Positions 6,293 through 17,774 of a stretch of DNA of 25,018 nt are shown here, piece after piece. Below the pieces are notes generated by a model, which saw only the letters and a list, made by a program, of their open reading frames with translations, was not told the origin of the DNA and made no database searches. Position 1 is the first letter of the stretch, and each line of letters opens with the position of its first letter. Location of the stretch: contig CM119268.1 in NCBI GenBank assembly GCA_051294375.1, positions 2,451,917 through 2,476,934 on the forward strand. The letters are read 5' to 3'. This DNA comes from Paraspadella gotoi. Lineage: Eukaryota; Animalia; Chaetognatha. A program made the translations under genes and the position numbers.

Positions 6293-9057
6293 ATGAATGG
6301 TGAGGCGTGGCCCGTAATACCGAAGTGAAGTTTTACTCAAGAAATTGTCGTTTCAAATTTCAACAAATAATTGTCTAAGAATAGAACAAGAGTAACAAAA
6401 TGTCTAGCGAGGGATCTGAGCTGCGACTTTGAGATAATAAGATTGGCATTGTATAGGAGATGATATGAACGTGGGAGAGGAAATGAGGAAGTGGTGTAGA
6501 GACAAGAAAGTGATGATTCAGAAAAGAAATCTAATTGAATTCTCCAGTGTGAAATAGAGAGACGCCGAGTATAAGTTGCAATCCTGTCTTGCTCTTAAAC
6601 AGAACTGAATGGATAATTGTGCCAAGCTTATGTTCTGTGATGTAGTAGAGATCTTAGAGTGAGATAGGGTTATAACTTGTAGGAATATAAGAGAAATAGA
6701 ATCAATCATGGGCCTATATCAGAAGACCGTATTAAGTAATAACGTAACTTCAATTATCGTCTGAGTAGGTTTTATGCATACCATTGTGTTGAGAACTGCA
6801 AATAGATTAAGGTAAATTGTGAAAGGTCAGAGACGAAAAAAGAGAGAGAGAGAGAGTAGAGAAGCGTTTTCTAACAAGAATTGAAAAAAAGGACAGTAAA
6901 AGAGAGAGAACAGGTTATAGATTGGGACAAGTAGGACTCAGAGAGAAGAGTGTGGTGAAAGACAAATGAAATACAGTAAAATACATTAAGCAATGTAGCA
7001 CATTTTTAAATTAATTATTTTCATGAGAATTGGGTAGTTTAAAAACAAAGTTTTACAACACATTATAAAAGTTAATGGTTAGCCTGTTTTTTTAAATATC
7101 GTCGAAGTTAGTGAATGAATATTAAAATTATATGTTAAAAGTTTGAGTTTTTAAATACAATTGACATTATTGTTTTTCCAACTTCTAATTAACACCTCGG
7201 CTTTAATTATATACTTGCGACCCTGTTTTAGTCTGAGCATCTTGTATATCATCTGGACTTCAGATCTGTTGAGACGTTGACCTCGTTTCCTTTGGCACTT
7301 TATTGAGGGGTCAGGAGTTTCAGTGCCGAGTTGGCGTGAATTATTTGTCAAGGAACCATATTGCTTTTTGTCTTTGCGATGGCTCCCTCCAAATCGCTTG
7401 ACAGTGAGAAAAGCCTCATAGGCTGAGGATATTCGCGTTGTGGGCGCAAATCATCATTCCTACACAAAACTTGATTTGTTGGATAAGCATAAGATTATGG
7501 TGAGCTCAATTAACACTTTTTTTCATGTTTTCACCTAGAGGAGACTGAACAGTCCTTCAAAGTACTGTGCTATATTCCATTGTTTAGTCCCATAAAAACT
7601 ATGTTTTTCTCCTTAAATTAAACAATTGACACTAATAATTTTGGGAGAGAATTGTCGAACTTTCATTCGACATTCCTCGCGGATGGGAAGGGCACTCAAT
7701 TATAGTACTGTTTGTGGCTGTTTGAGTGCCAGGAATCGTGTATTTTTGTCTCTCAAGATTGTACAGTAAGATCTAACCATTCGATAAGACCCACAAAGAA
7801 TTGACGCTTTTTGCGTGAAGTTCATATTCAACATATAAACGTATGGTATATCAGAGACACTAATTGAAGTGAGGCATTCGCACCAGATCGCGATGAGGAG
7901 TGTGTCGTTATGAGTTGATATTTATACTTGGTGTAAAATCACAAGACTCCAATCAACCACGAAAGGACGACACATTTGCATAGAATATTTACAACAATGA
8001 TCTTACATAGCTTTATAAACGGACTGATGCCACGTATACATATCAATCCGCACAAATGTGTGTCTGTTGGAAAAGATATAATAATTTTGTTCACCGTCTC
8101 CACGATCCAAGGCTGCCGAGAATCTCAAAACAGCTACAGAATTAGGAAAAGACTCCTCCAAGGCAGGTATTAGTATTAATTCTGTCGATATTAACTATCT
8201 CTTTTATATCTATATTTTTTATTTTATTGTACTTTTAGATGATCCTATTCTGTATGAGAGACCTTTTCCAGCATGGTTTTCTTGATTCTATCTCTAGAGC
8301 AGCAGGCCGCAACTACGTAGGGCATGTCGTTTGCTTGAGATTGTTCGACAAATTATGGACTCTAAGTGTACATCTGTTACTTTCTATGTTACCAAATATA
8401 TCCACTTATTGTACAAATCACTCCAAGAATCACCGCCGCTCTGACATTATACTAAGTCCGCCTACGCATTATTTTTGTGCGTCTTCTAATGATAAGTATC
8501 ACGAGTTATCGACCTCGAACGGTGAATGATCAGCTCGATCTCACCGCAACCAGCTACACTCGAAGGGGCAACCCTATTAGCAGATATTTGACCTTTTGAA
8601 AATCTCAGTTAAATGAAATGGGATAATATTTAATATTGGTTATACCAATGTTTCATAAATCTATACTATTCATCATAATTTTTCGTTCGGTTTGGATCAA
8701 TTTTGAATTAAGAAGTTAAAAGTAAGAAAAAAGAGAACTTGAAGGGCCCGAATAGCTCATTGCCCGGAACTGTGCCCCATACACAAGAGCATAAAGAGTT
8801 ATTATATCAATTTCGGAGGTATGATTACACAGTGTCAGGTCAAGCATGAATGGCGGTTAGGACATGAGTCGAATCGAGCGAAGAGGCAGTGAGCAAGCCT
8901 AAGGGAGGAGCACATGACCAGTGGTGCAGGTTATCGGCTTTTGTTCATTTAAACCACCATTTTCTATGAAATATTTAGTGTTCAGACGGAATACACGAGT
9001 ATAAACCTTATATTGCTCGAAAACCTTACTTCCGTGTTAAGGCCCACGCCCATTCAT
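6293..9057 (+). mobile_element. Possible decayed (or error-laden) DNA transposon bounded by diverged ~40-bp inverted repeats, with broken spliced coding remnants
   Basis: 6293-6334 aligns with the reverse complement of 9020-9057 at 32/38 identities with one 4-nt gap. Inside are ATG 6400, a stop-interrupted coding-like frame to a donor AAG|GTAAAT (6812), and a clear 72-nt intron-like segment 8167-8238. No target-site duplication was found. Confidence 0.35.
8167..8238 (+). other. 72-nt GT-AG intron-like segment
   Basis: GCAG|GTATTA ... AT-rich ... tttattgtacttttAG|ATG, between two more GC-balanced coding-like blocks. No frame across it is free of nearby stops. Confidence 0.5.
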
Positions 9058-9834
9058 TACAGCGTTATATATTTTTTTTCGGCTGTCTGTGTCAAATTTG
9101 AGACAAACTACGAATAAGTTGTTAAAAAGAGAAATTAGATAGTCCTTGACGTGGTGTTTTTTAACTATATATCGTGGTGAAAAATCCCTATGTTATAGCA
9201 TTACAACAACTCTTTTCATTTAGCGAGACATAATCATTAATCCATTTTGCGCCACATATTTTCCTTTTGCATCAGACTAGTTCCACTTGATGCTCTGATT
9301 CGGGTTTTCTATCTATCAAAACATTTTTTGGTCCTAAAGTACAGGCTTTTTAAAGTACAGAATTTAAGAACAAAAGAAATGAACTAAGGGAAACCGGGAA
9401 CACAGAGAAGTGAAGAACTATAAGTTACCGAACTGAGTGTGATCTTTGAGTGCTCAGGAGGTTTGAGCTCAATAAATATAATACAGCACATCTCAGGTAT
9501 CCTTCCACTTTATTCTTTCTTCCTCCGTCCTCGTCCTCTTCTCTTCTCTTCTCTTCTCTCTTTTTTCTTCCTATCTTCTTTCTCCGGTGTTCTTTCCTCT
9601 TCTCTTTCTCCTCTTCTCTTAATCTTCTCTTCGTGCGTCAATCTTGCTATCGTCTTTCTTCGGCCGTCTATAGCCTTTGCGCCTCTCCTTACTAGTTCTT
9701 TACTATCTCTTTTCCCTCTCTCATTTCTTGCTCTTCTCTTTTTTCCATCTCTCCCTCTTCCCTTCTCTGTTCTCTCCTCACTTCCTATATTTCCTCCAGC
9801 GGTTTTTCGAAGCCAACATCGAATCAATCTACGA

Positions 9835-9861
9835 TTTTGAACGCAAATTAAACTCCGCGTC

Positions 9862-9897
<36 letters not shown>

Positions 9898-9903
9898 CTA
9901 CTT

Positions 9904-9934
<31 letters not shown>

Positions 9935-10257
9935 CTCTCAATTCAACCTTTCAATATCTGTCTAGCCCAAGAGAGACAGATAAACGCATGGAGCGAGCAT
10001 GGCGCGCGACCTTTCGGGTCGATCCATACACGACTAAGGTTGATTTTATCAGACGACGATGCTACCTCAAGAAAAAGTAAGAAAGATTTTCGCGAGAAGA
10101 AGGAAAGGAGACGAAGAAAGAGAGAGAGAGAGACGAGGGTGAGGAATCGGGTAAGGTGGAGTGGACTTGTTTGGCAAAGGGGGTAAGTTAGAGCGGAAAG
10201 TGGGTGAGAGAGAGAGAGAGAAAGAGAGAGATTCGGACTTTTAATTTGCGATCAAAA
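9835..10257. mobile_element. MITE/foldback-like element, ~420 bp, with ~24-bp terminal inverted repeats
   Basis: Left ttttgaacgcaaattaaactccg (9835-9857) versus reverse complement of right (10234-10257) ttttgatcgcaaattaaaagtccg. Inside the left arm is a (CT)n tract and inside the right arm a (GA)n tract. Confidence 0.45.
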
Positions 10258-11007
10258 AAAAAATAATGCAATAAAAAATATGTTTTGTATTACAGAATAC
10301 TGGTGGATTGAAATAAGAGTACTTTTAGAACAAATAAAAAAAATTAGTAGATTGAAATCATAGTGGGCCGGCGAAAGTCAAAGTTGGTTTAATTTGTTAA
10401 ATAATTTGTTAACCTTCGACTCCGAAGTAAATTCTAAAGCTTATTTTTTACTTTTTTTTTCATTTTTTCTCTCAGTCGAAATCTTCTTTTTCGATCGAAG
10501 CCAAAAAGCGGAAATTTGGCCGCGACAATTTTAAGTCACAGAATTNNNNNNNNNNNNNNNNNNNNNNNNNNNNNNNNNNNNNNNNNNNNNNNNNNNNNNN
10601 NNNNNNNNNNNNNNNNNNNNNNNNNNNNNNNNNNNNNNNNNNNNNNNNNNNNNNNNNNNNNNNNNNNNNNNNNNNNNNNNNNNNNNNNNNNNNNNNNNNN
10701 NNNNNNNNNNNNNNNNNNNNNNNNNNNNNNNNNNNNNNNNNNNNNNNNNNNNNNNNNNNNNNNNNNNNNNNNNNNNNNNNNNNNNNNNNNNNNNNNNNNN
10801 NNNNNNNNNNNACGACGACTCTCCTAACCATTAACCATTCTACATTGCGAGACTTAATATCTTATCCCGAGTTGAAGGTGAGACCTTTCAAATTCTCGAG
10901 TATCGAAAATAGCGAGAAAAATAAAGGCAAGAAGATTAACAAATTCCATTGGTTCATAGCGAACGTGGCGATGCTTTACCTGCCAATAGACATTAGACAC
11001 TAGTCGT

Positions 11008-11114
11008 GACCTGGTGGCTCATTGAGTACAGTCATCACCTGTCGACCAGTCATTGAGTACAGTCATCACCTGTCGACCATGAGGTACTGGCGTTCAATCC
11101 CAACCCTGGAACCA
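11008..11114 (+). mobile_element. tRNA-derived SINE-like head containing a 31-bp tandem duplication
   Basis: A-box-like TGGCTCATTGAG (11015) and B-box-like GGCGTTCAATCCC (11089-11101), ending ...ggaacca. 11019-11049 is duplicated at 11050-11079. Stems are too degenerate for a functional tRNA. Confidence 0.35.
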
Positions 11115-11356
11115 ACTCGAGGAAATGTGAGGTCGGCCTCTGACCGCTTGAGGGCGCAAAGACCCCTTAATCCATGGATCCAAGCGCCTTACACCGTTAC
11201 GTGGCGATCGGAAGTCGGCGTCACGCGACTCTGAATGACGCCAATTTCACCCGAACTGGCACCGAAAGTGGCACGGAAAGTGGCGCAAATTTAACAGGAA
11301 ATGGCGCCAATTGGCGTCACTTTGTCAGGAAATGAAAAGGACGTGATCGGAAGTTC

Positions 11357-11558
11357 CTTAGAATCAATGCCATTCCCTTAAAATCAACGCCATTCCCCTT
11401 TGAATCAAAGCCATACTCCTTAGAATCAATGCCATTCCCCTTTGAATCAATGCCATTCCCCTTTGAATCAATGCCATTCCCCTTAGAATCAATGCCATTC
11501 CCCTTTGAATCAAAACCATTCCCCTTTGCGTGGATGTCATTCACCTTTGCCTCGATGC
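11357..11558. repeat. 21-bp minisatellite (consensus CTTTGAATCAATGCCATTCCC), ~8 good copies plus 1-2 degenerate copies
   Basis: Directly visible tandem array. The minus strand reads as the heptad (SKGNGID)n. Confidence 0.95.
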
Positions 11559-12897
11559 TTTTATTCCACCCGCTGGNNNNNNNNNNNNNNNNNNNNNNNN
11601 NNNNNNNNNNNNNNNNNNNNNNNNNNNNNNNNNNNNNNNNNNNNNNNNNNNNNNNNNNNNNNNNNNNNNNNNNNNNNNNNNNNNNNNNNNNNNNNNNNNN
11701 NNNNNNNNNNNNNNNNNNNNNNNNNNNNNNNNNNNNNNNNNNNNNNNNNNNNNNNNNNNNNNNNNNNNNNNNNNNNNNNNNNNNNNNNNNNNNNNNNNNN
11801 NNNNNNNNNNNNNNNNNNNAATTTCCTTTTCCTTTTCCTTTTTTTCCCTTTTCCTTATGCTTCCGATCGTTTCCTTCCTTTAACTCGCTCTAATTACCTC
11901 TTTACATCTTTAATATTTTTTTTTACAATTTATCCTTTTTCTACGTGGCTCCGCCCGTCGAGCACCTTCACCGCTCCGANNNNNNNNNNNNNNNNNNNNN
12001 NNNNNNNNNNNNNNNNNNNNNNNNNNNNNNNNNNNNNNNNNNNNNNNNNNNNNNNNNNNNNNNNNNNNNNNNNNNNNNNNNNNNNNNNNNNNNNNNNNNN
12101 NNNNNNNNNNNNNNNNNNNNNNNNNNNNNNNNNNNNNNNNNNNNNNNNNNNNNNNNNNNNNNNNNNNNNNNNNNNNNNNNNNNNNNNNNNNNNNNNNNNN
12201 NNNNNNNNNNNNNNNNNNNNNNNNNNNNNNNNNNNNNNNNNNNNNNNNNNNNNNNNNNNNNNNNNNNNNNNNNNNNNNNNNNNNNNNNNNNNNNNNNNNN
12301 NNNNNNNNNNNNNNNNNNNNNNNNNNNNNNNNNNNNNNNNNNNNNNNNNNNNNNNNNNNNNNNNNNNNNCTTTCTTACTTAGTCAATCTTCATTTTTGAT
12401 GAGAAGAAAATTAGCTTCAAGTTCTTTTCTCTGTTAATTGAAACTTTTGAGATTTTTCGATTAGACTTCGTCAGAAATTGATGAGAAAATTGATTGAACT
12501 AGAACGTGAGCGCTCTCTCTCTCTCTCTCTCTCTGCCCCACTCTGTCTTTCTCTCTGACCCTCGCTCCCTCTCTCTTTCCTTCTCTCTCTCCCCCAGACG
12601 GAAATATTTTACGTCACGCTCGTTTGTTTGTAATCGTTTCACATGAAGCCTACAGAATAAATATGACCTCATCATGGNNNNNNNNNNNNNNNNNNNNNNN
12701 NNNNNNNNNNNNNNNNNNNNNNNNNNNNNNNNNNNNNNNNNNNNNNNNNNNNNNNNNNNNNNNNNNNNNNNNNNNNNNNNNNNNNNNNNNNNNNNNNNNN
12801 NNNNNNNNNNNNNNNNNNNNNNNNNAAAAACCCTTGATTCCTAAAGGAAGGGTTTAGGATTATTGCAAAAACTTTCAATCGTTTTAGTTAAGTCTAA

Positions 12898-13000
12898 TAA
12901 TTAATTTAAGTTCATATTGTCATGTTGTCGTATTGTCTTATAATTAATTTAAGTTCATATTGTCATATTGTCTTTTAATTAATTTAAGTTCATATTGTCA
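12898..13000. repeat. Three-copy tandem repeat TAATTAATTTAAGTT(CATATTGT)n
   Basis: Copies start at 12898, 12941 and 12976. Confidence 0.9.
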
Positions 13001-13739
13001 ACGCTTCTTTAGGAAGAAGGAAAAAGAAAATTTCTGAAACATTAAAAATCCATAGAATAACTACATTGTCTTTGTTTTGGTTTAAAAAAAAAACGTCAAA
13101 CTCACAAACTAACGAAAAAAACTAACTTATATTGCATTAACACACAATAGCTAGTTCAGTTAAGGGCAGGATAGATGAGCAAATGAAAACCAACAAATTA
13201 AATACATTCATTAATTTCTTTGAACACTTTCAAATTCAAAAAACCGAGAATTCTTTAAAAGAAAATTCTCTCTCTCTCCTCTCTTTCTCCTCTCTCTCTC
13301 TCTCATTCTCTCTCTACTCTCTCTCTCTCCTCCTCTCTCTCTCTCTTCTCTGTCTTCCTCGAATTCCCGATCTGTTCAGTGGAGTGGTCCTCCGACTTTT
13401 CCGTCCGCAGCAGGTATAGAAAAGGCCCCGGTTTCTTTCTTTTATCTTCAACCTCTCGCCATAATCGTCTCGCTGTCTCCACAGTATCCGTCATCCGTCG
13501 TCTCTCCGCCTCGTCGTCCTCTACTCGTCTTGCGGTCGTCTATCCCGGGTTCCCCCGCATCGGCCCTCCTTCCGTCCTTCCTGCATAAAGTCATTCTTCT
13601 TAGGTGTCAACATCTGCGGCTCTATCTGCTCGCCGCTACTTCTCTTTGACCTTTACGCCGGTTTTGCACGAAAGACCCGCAGTTGACCGAGCTCACGTCC
13701 CCCAGGGTATAATCTCGTCCGGCCGGAGTTTTCCAAGAA

Positions 13740-15420
13740 CCGATGCGACGGAACTAAACCGACGGATGCCCACGAGTGATGCCGATGACGATTGCACGAC
13801 CCGCCACGACTAGATACCCGCGACGGCGCCCACGAACATGACGAATAACGACGATGACGATGATGCGCGGACGACTCCCTGCCACGAACCGATAGCGACG
13901 AGACCGAAGATGGTACGATTAATGACGATGCCCACCCGATGTATGGAGAGGATGACGACGAACGACTTTAAGATAGCGACGATCTACGGAACGCATCGTA
14001 CCGATAACCGAACACATTTGACGACCATGATGGATGACGACATTGACAAAGGCCTGGATAGCGACCGACGACGCCAAAGATGCCTCCTGATAACCTGACG
14101 TATGACGATGTTATGCCAGACGATGCCACGAGATCCCAGCGACGTCACGGCACGCATTGATGAGATAACGATGAGGACCCGATCCCATGCCCATTGTCCC
14201 GAGCGACCCGATTGCACGACGACCGACTAACCCGATAGCGCCTATGACGACGAACGAGCCACATAACGGCACGCATGACGATGATGGTAGACGGATGATG
14301 ACGCACGACCTAGTAGCGCCCGACGCTAACGAAAGAGATGACGATAACGACGATGACGATGATGGAGGGACTGGTATGACCGACTGCCCGAACGAACTAA
14401 GCGATGCCGACCGATCGACGAAGATGAACCCGATAACAATGCCATGATGATGATGGAGGATGATGCACGCAAGATAGCGACCGATCGCCCCCCCCCCCAC
14501 GCCACCACCATTGATCAATTCACGGACGCCCGATTTGACGATTTGATGGAGACGATGACCGAACCCGATCCAGCGACGACGATCCACGACACATGTGCCA
14601 CCGTCACAACCCGATTGACGCGCGCATGATGGAGACACGATGACGAAGATTAGCCGACCGATAGCTCCCGCCGACGCCACGGGAACATTGATCTCGATTT
14701 AACGACGCCATCCCGACGACTCTGATGGGAGACCCGATCATGACCTGGAAGATTCCCCTTAGCGACCGACGCACCAGAACCATGGCCCCCCCGATAACGA
14801 CAATGACGACTATGACGACGACTACTAAGATAGCGTCGACGACTAAGATATCAACAAAGACCCTGGTGATTGATAGCTTTTGCATACCAGAAGCCAAAAA
14901 TTGAAACTGAGTAGAAATAATAATTTATTCATAATGAATTAGCACAGTACTTTGAAGATGATTATGATGATGATGATGAAGATGACAACAACCATGGTGA
15001 TGATGGCAGCATTGACAAAGACCACAGGAGAAACCGAGCCAGAATTAAAAAATAATGATGACATAGACGACAAAGACGACTATGACGAAGACAATAACGA
15101 CGAAGATGGAAAAGACGACAGAGAGGATGACGACAATGATGAAGTAAAAAATGACAAAGAGAAAGACGACTAAGACGATGACGATAATGACAACGACGAT
15201 AAAGATGATGACGATGACGATGACGACAATAATGATGACGAAAAAGATGAAAAAGATGACAGAGACGACGACGACGACGAAGTAAAAAATTACAAGGAGG
15301 ACGACGAGAAAACCGACGAAGATTAAGACGATGTCGAAGACGACGACGACGACGACGTGTTCGCAATGAGGAGCAAACAACAACAACAACGACAACCGCC
15401 AGACAACATCGTATCAAGAA
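13740..15420 (+). repeat. (GAC/GAT)n-rich low-complexity region: noisy in 13740-14850, cleaner in 14950-15420
   Basis: Dominated by GAC/GAT/AAC triplets. In-frame stops (e.g. TAA 15171) and frame slips break the Asp-reading frame. Confidence 0.85.
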
Positions 15421-15563
15421 AGAACGAGCGTCGTATCGCGGAAGAGAAGCGACGAAACAACGAGAGAAATTTCTAAAAATAGATTCTTAGCGTCGGAGGC
15501 AAAACCCCGCTCCTTTTCAGCCGAAAGGAAAAAAAAAAGAAGAAAAGAGAATTGAGGGAGCTC

Positions 15564-16166
15564 TATTTTCGAAAAGCGCCCCAATTATATTTTTTTATAC
15601 CTGAACTCAATTTTAACTTTTATATTTAAACCAAATATGATTAGTCAATCCTTAAACCTTAACCCAAAACTGAAACCTTTAACCCTAATCACTAACCTAA
15701 ATCGCTCTGATGGCTGGATCTTGGTGAGAAGTTTCATGGTTCCAGCCTACAGGTCATTATTATTACTATCGCTTACCTATGCTTACCTTTTTCTTATTTC
15801 CAGTTCTTGATCTCTAAAGACTCATTAAATTTTGTGATATTGATACTCTCAGAAGGGTGTGCAAAAGACGGAAAACCCCGCTCATCACGATCCCCAATAG
15901 TCCTTACTCTGTGGGAAAATAAGAATGGCCATAAACTGCTTTGGGGTGTGGAAAACCCTTAAGCCTAGTTTCAAGCCCAGGACTTGTTCTATGGCTGCTA
16001 GAGGGGGTTAAAAAAATTGCGGATAGTCATCTTCAGCCCACTTGAAGCCTTATCCACAATCTTTAACCTAATCCTCATTTTAATCCCTAACCGTAAACCA
16101 AATATTAAAATCTAAAAATTCATTCAATTCTGAATTTAGGATGAAATGGGGCGTTCTGGGAAAATA
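15564..16166. mobile_element. ~600-bp non-autonomous element with inverted ends and two degenerate telomere-like (TAACCC) tracts
   Basis: Left tattttcgaaaagcgccccaattat versus reverse complement of right tattttcccagaacgccccatttcat. TAACCC/TAAACC-like runs at 15650-15700 and 16062-16100. Shares ttgaagcct(t)atcc with the 4596-4870 repeat. Confidence 0.4.
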
Positions 16167-16189
16167 AGTCCAATTGTGGATCTTTCATT

Positions 16190-16400
16190 GGAAGAAGAGG
16201 ACGAAGAAGACGACAATGATGAAGACGACGATGACGATGAAGAAAACGACGATGATGACGATGACGGCGTCTCGGGTGATGATGACGACGACGAAGAAGA
16301 CGACGACGAAGAAGACGATAACGATGATCACGACAACAACAAAAAAGACGACGGCGATGAAGATAAGAACAACGACGAACACAAAGACGAAGGCGAAATG
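16190..16400 (+). repeat. (GAC/GAT/GAA)n block, open as a poly-Asp/Glu reading frame (ORF 16146-16442)
   Basis: Triplet repeat block. The acidic frame is uninterrupted for 98 codons, but its ATG sits in the flanking inverted repeat. Confidence 0.8.
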
Positions 16401-16921
16401 AAGAAACAAGAAACACTGGACAAAGTAAACAAACAAATATGATCTGATTNNNNNNNNNNNNNNNNNNNNNNNNNNNNNNNNNNNNNNNNNNNNNNNNNNN
16501 NNNNNNNNNNNNNNNNNNNNNNNNNNNNNNNNNNNNNNNNNNNNNNNNNNNNNNNNNNNNNNNNNNNNNNNNNNNNNNNNNNNNNNNNNNNNNNNNNNNN
16601 NNNNNNNNNNNNNNNNNNNNNNNNNNNNNNNNNNNNNNNNNNNNNNNNNNNNNNNNNNNNNNNNNNNNNNNNNNNNNNNNNNNNNNNNNNNNNNNNNNNN
16701 NNNNNNNNNNNNNNNNNNNNNAAAAAAAGTCCCAGCGATTCGTATCGGTTTCGATCCGAGTCAAATTACTCCTTCGTGACGTCAACGATATGATTCTCAC
16801 TTCCGCCAAATTTTTAAACTAAGGTCAAAACAGAGAGAAAGCAAAACTAGGGACGACTGTTTCCCAAAAAAAAAAATCAATTTCCGACGAAATTTATCAT
16901 CAAAAAAATTCGTTTTTTTGA

Positions 16922-16992
16922 ATTAATATCGTTTCCGGTTTTGAATTATATTAATATTAATATTAATATCGTTTCCGGTTTTAAATTATATT
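16922..16992. repeat. 40-bp-period tandem duplication
   Basis: attaatatcgtttccggtttt(g/a)aattatatt at 16922 and 16962. Confidence 0.85.
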
Positions 16993-17323
16993 CTCACATT
17001 TTGTCATTAGAGTTTAAAACTTTTCCCAATAACCACAGCGAAAAAGAAGGACACTATGCGAAAATCAATTATTTTTCGACATCGATTAAATTATATATAT
17101 TAAAAAAAATAAGGATATAAGGAAGCTCATTCTCTTTAATTNNNNNNNNNNNNNNNNNNNNNNNNNNNNNNNNNNNNNNNNNNNNNNNNNNNNNNNNNNN
17201 NNNNNNNNNNNNNNNNNNNNNNNNNNNNNNNNNNNNNNNNNNNNNNNNNNNNNNNNNNNNNNNNNNNNNNNNNNNNNNNNNNNNNNNNNNNNNNNNNNNN
17301 NNNNNNNNNNNNNNNNNNNNNNN

Positions 17324-17357
<34 letters not shown>

Positions 17358-17458
17358 CATATTATTAAAGGTATTTCTTTTTTTTATTTAAAAAATCTTT
17401 TCATAAGCTGCCTTAAAAATTTGAAATTTAAAACTTGCTTTCCTTTTATTCTCAAGAG

Positions 17459-17556
17459 TATTCACTATTCACTATTCGCTATTCACTATTCGCTATTCAC
17501 TATTCACTATTCACTATTCACTATTCACTATTCACTATTCACTATTCAGCATTCAC
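17459..17556. repeat. (TATTCAC)n 7-bp tandem repeat, ~14 copies
   Basis: Directly visible, with two TATTCGC variants. Confidence 0.95.
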
Positions 17557-17774
17557 TCATAATAAAATATTCTCTGCGTCGCAAAAGAGTTTTCCGGAAA
17601 TGTGATTTGTCATTTTTCCCTGTCATTGTTTTTTAATTTTGACAGCAGAAACGATCAATCAATTTCGTGGTTTATTAAACAATAAATCATTTAGTTTCGA
17701 ATCGGGTTCGATCCGGGGACCTGAAAGTTAAAGAGACTTTCTCTGTCTCTGTCGTTCAATTCTTTGTAGTCAGT

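Noticed and set aside
7151-7460. Minus-strand open frame of ~100 codons (…SAYEAFLTVKRFGG…MIYKMLRLKQGRKYII…)
   Set aside because: No recognisable domain or consistent splice structure; not supportable as a gene without a search.
1533-10186. Many SL-, ER- and F/L-rich ORFs (e.g. 1533-1760, 4761-5247, 5571-5852, 9439-10186)
   Set aside because: Translations of (CT)n/(GA)n and purine/pyrimidine tracts, which lack stops by composition.
11019-11558. CRISPR-like appearance of the 31-bp and 21-bp repeats
   Set aside because: The repeats are head-to-tail with no unique spacers, there are no cas genes, and the context is eukaryotic.
15650-16100. True telomere or interstitial telomeric array
   Set aside because: Only short, highly degenerate TAACCC-like runs embedded within a dispersed repeat.
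17697-17725. B-box/T-arm-like sequence (minus strand aggtccccggatcgaacccg)
   Set aside because: No A-box or cloverleaf nearby; at most a SINE fragment.
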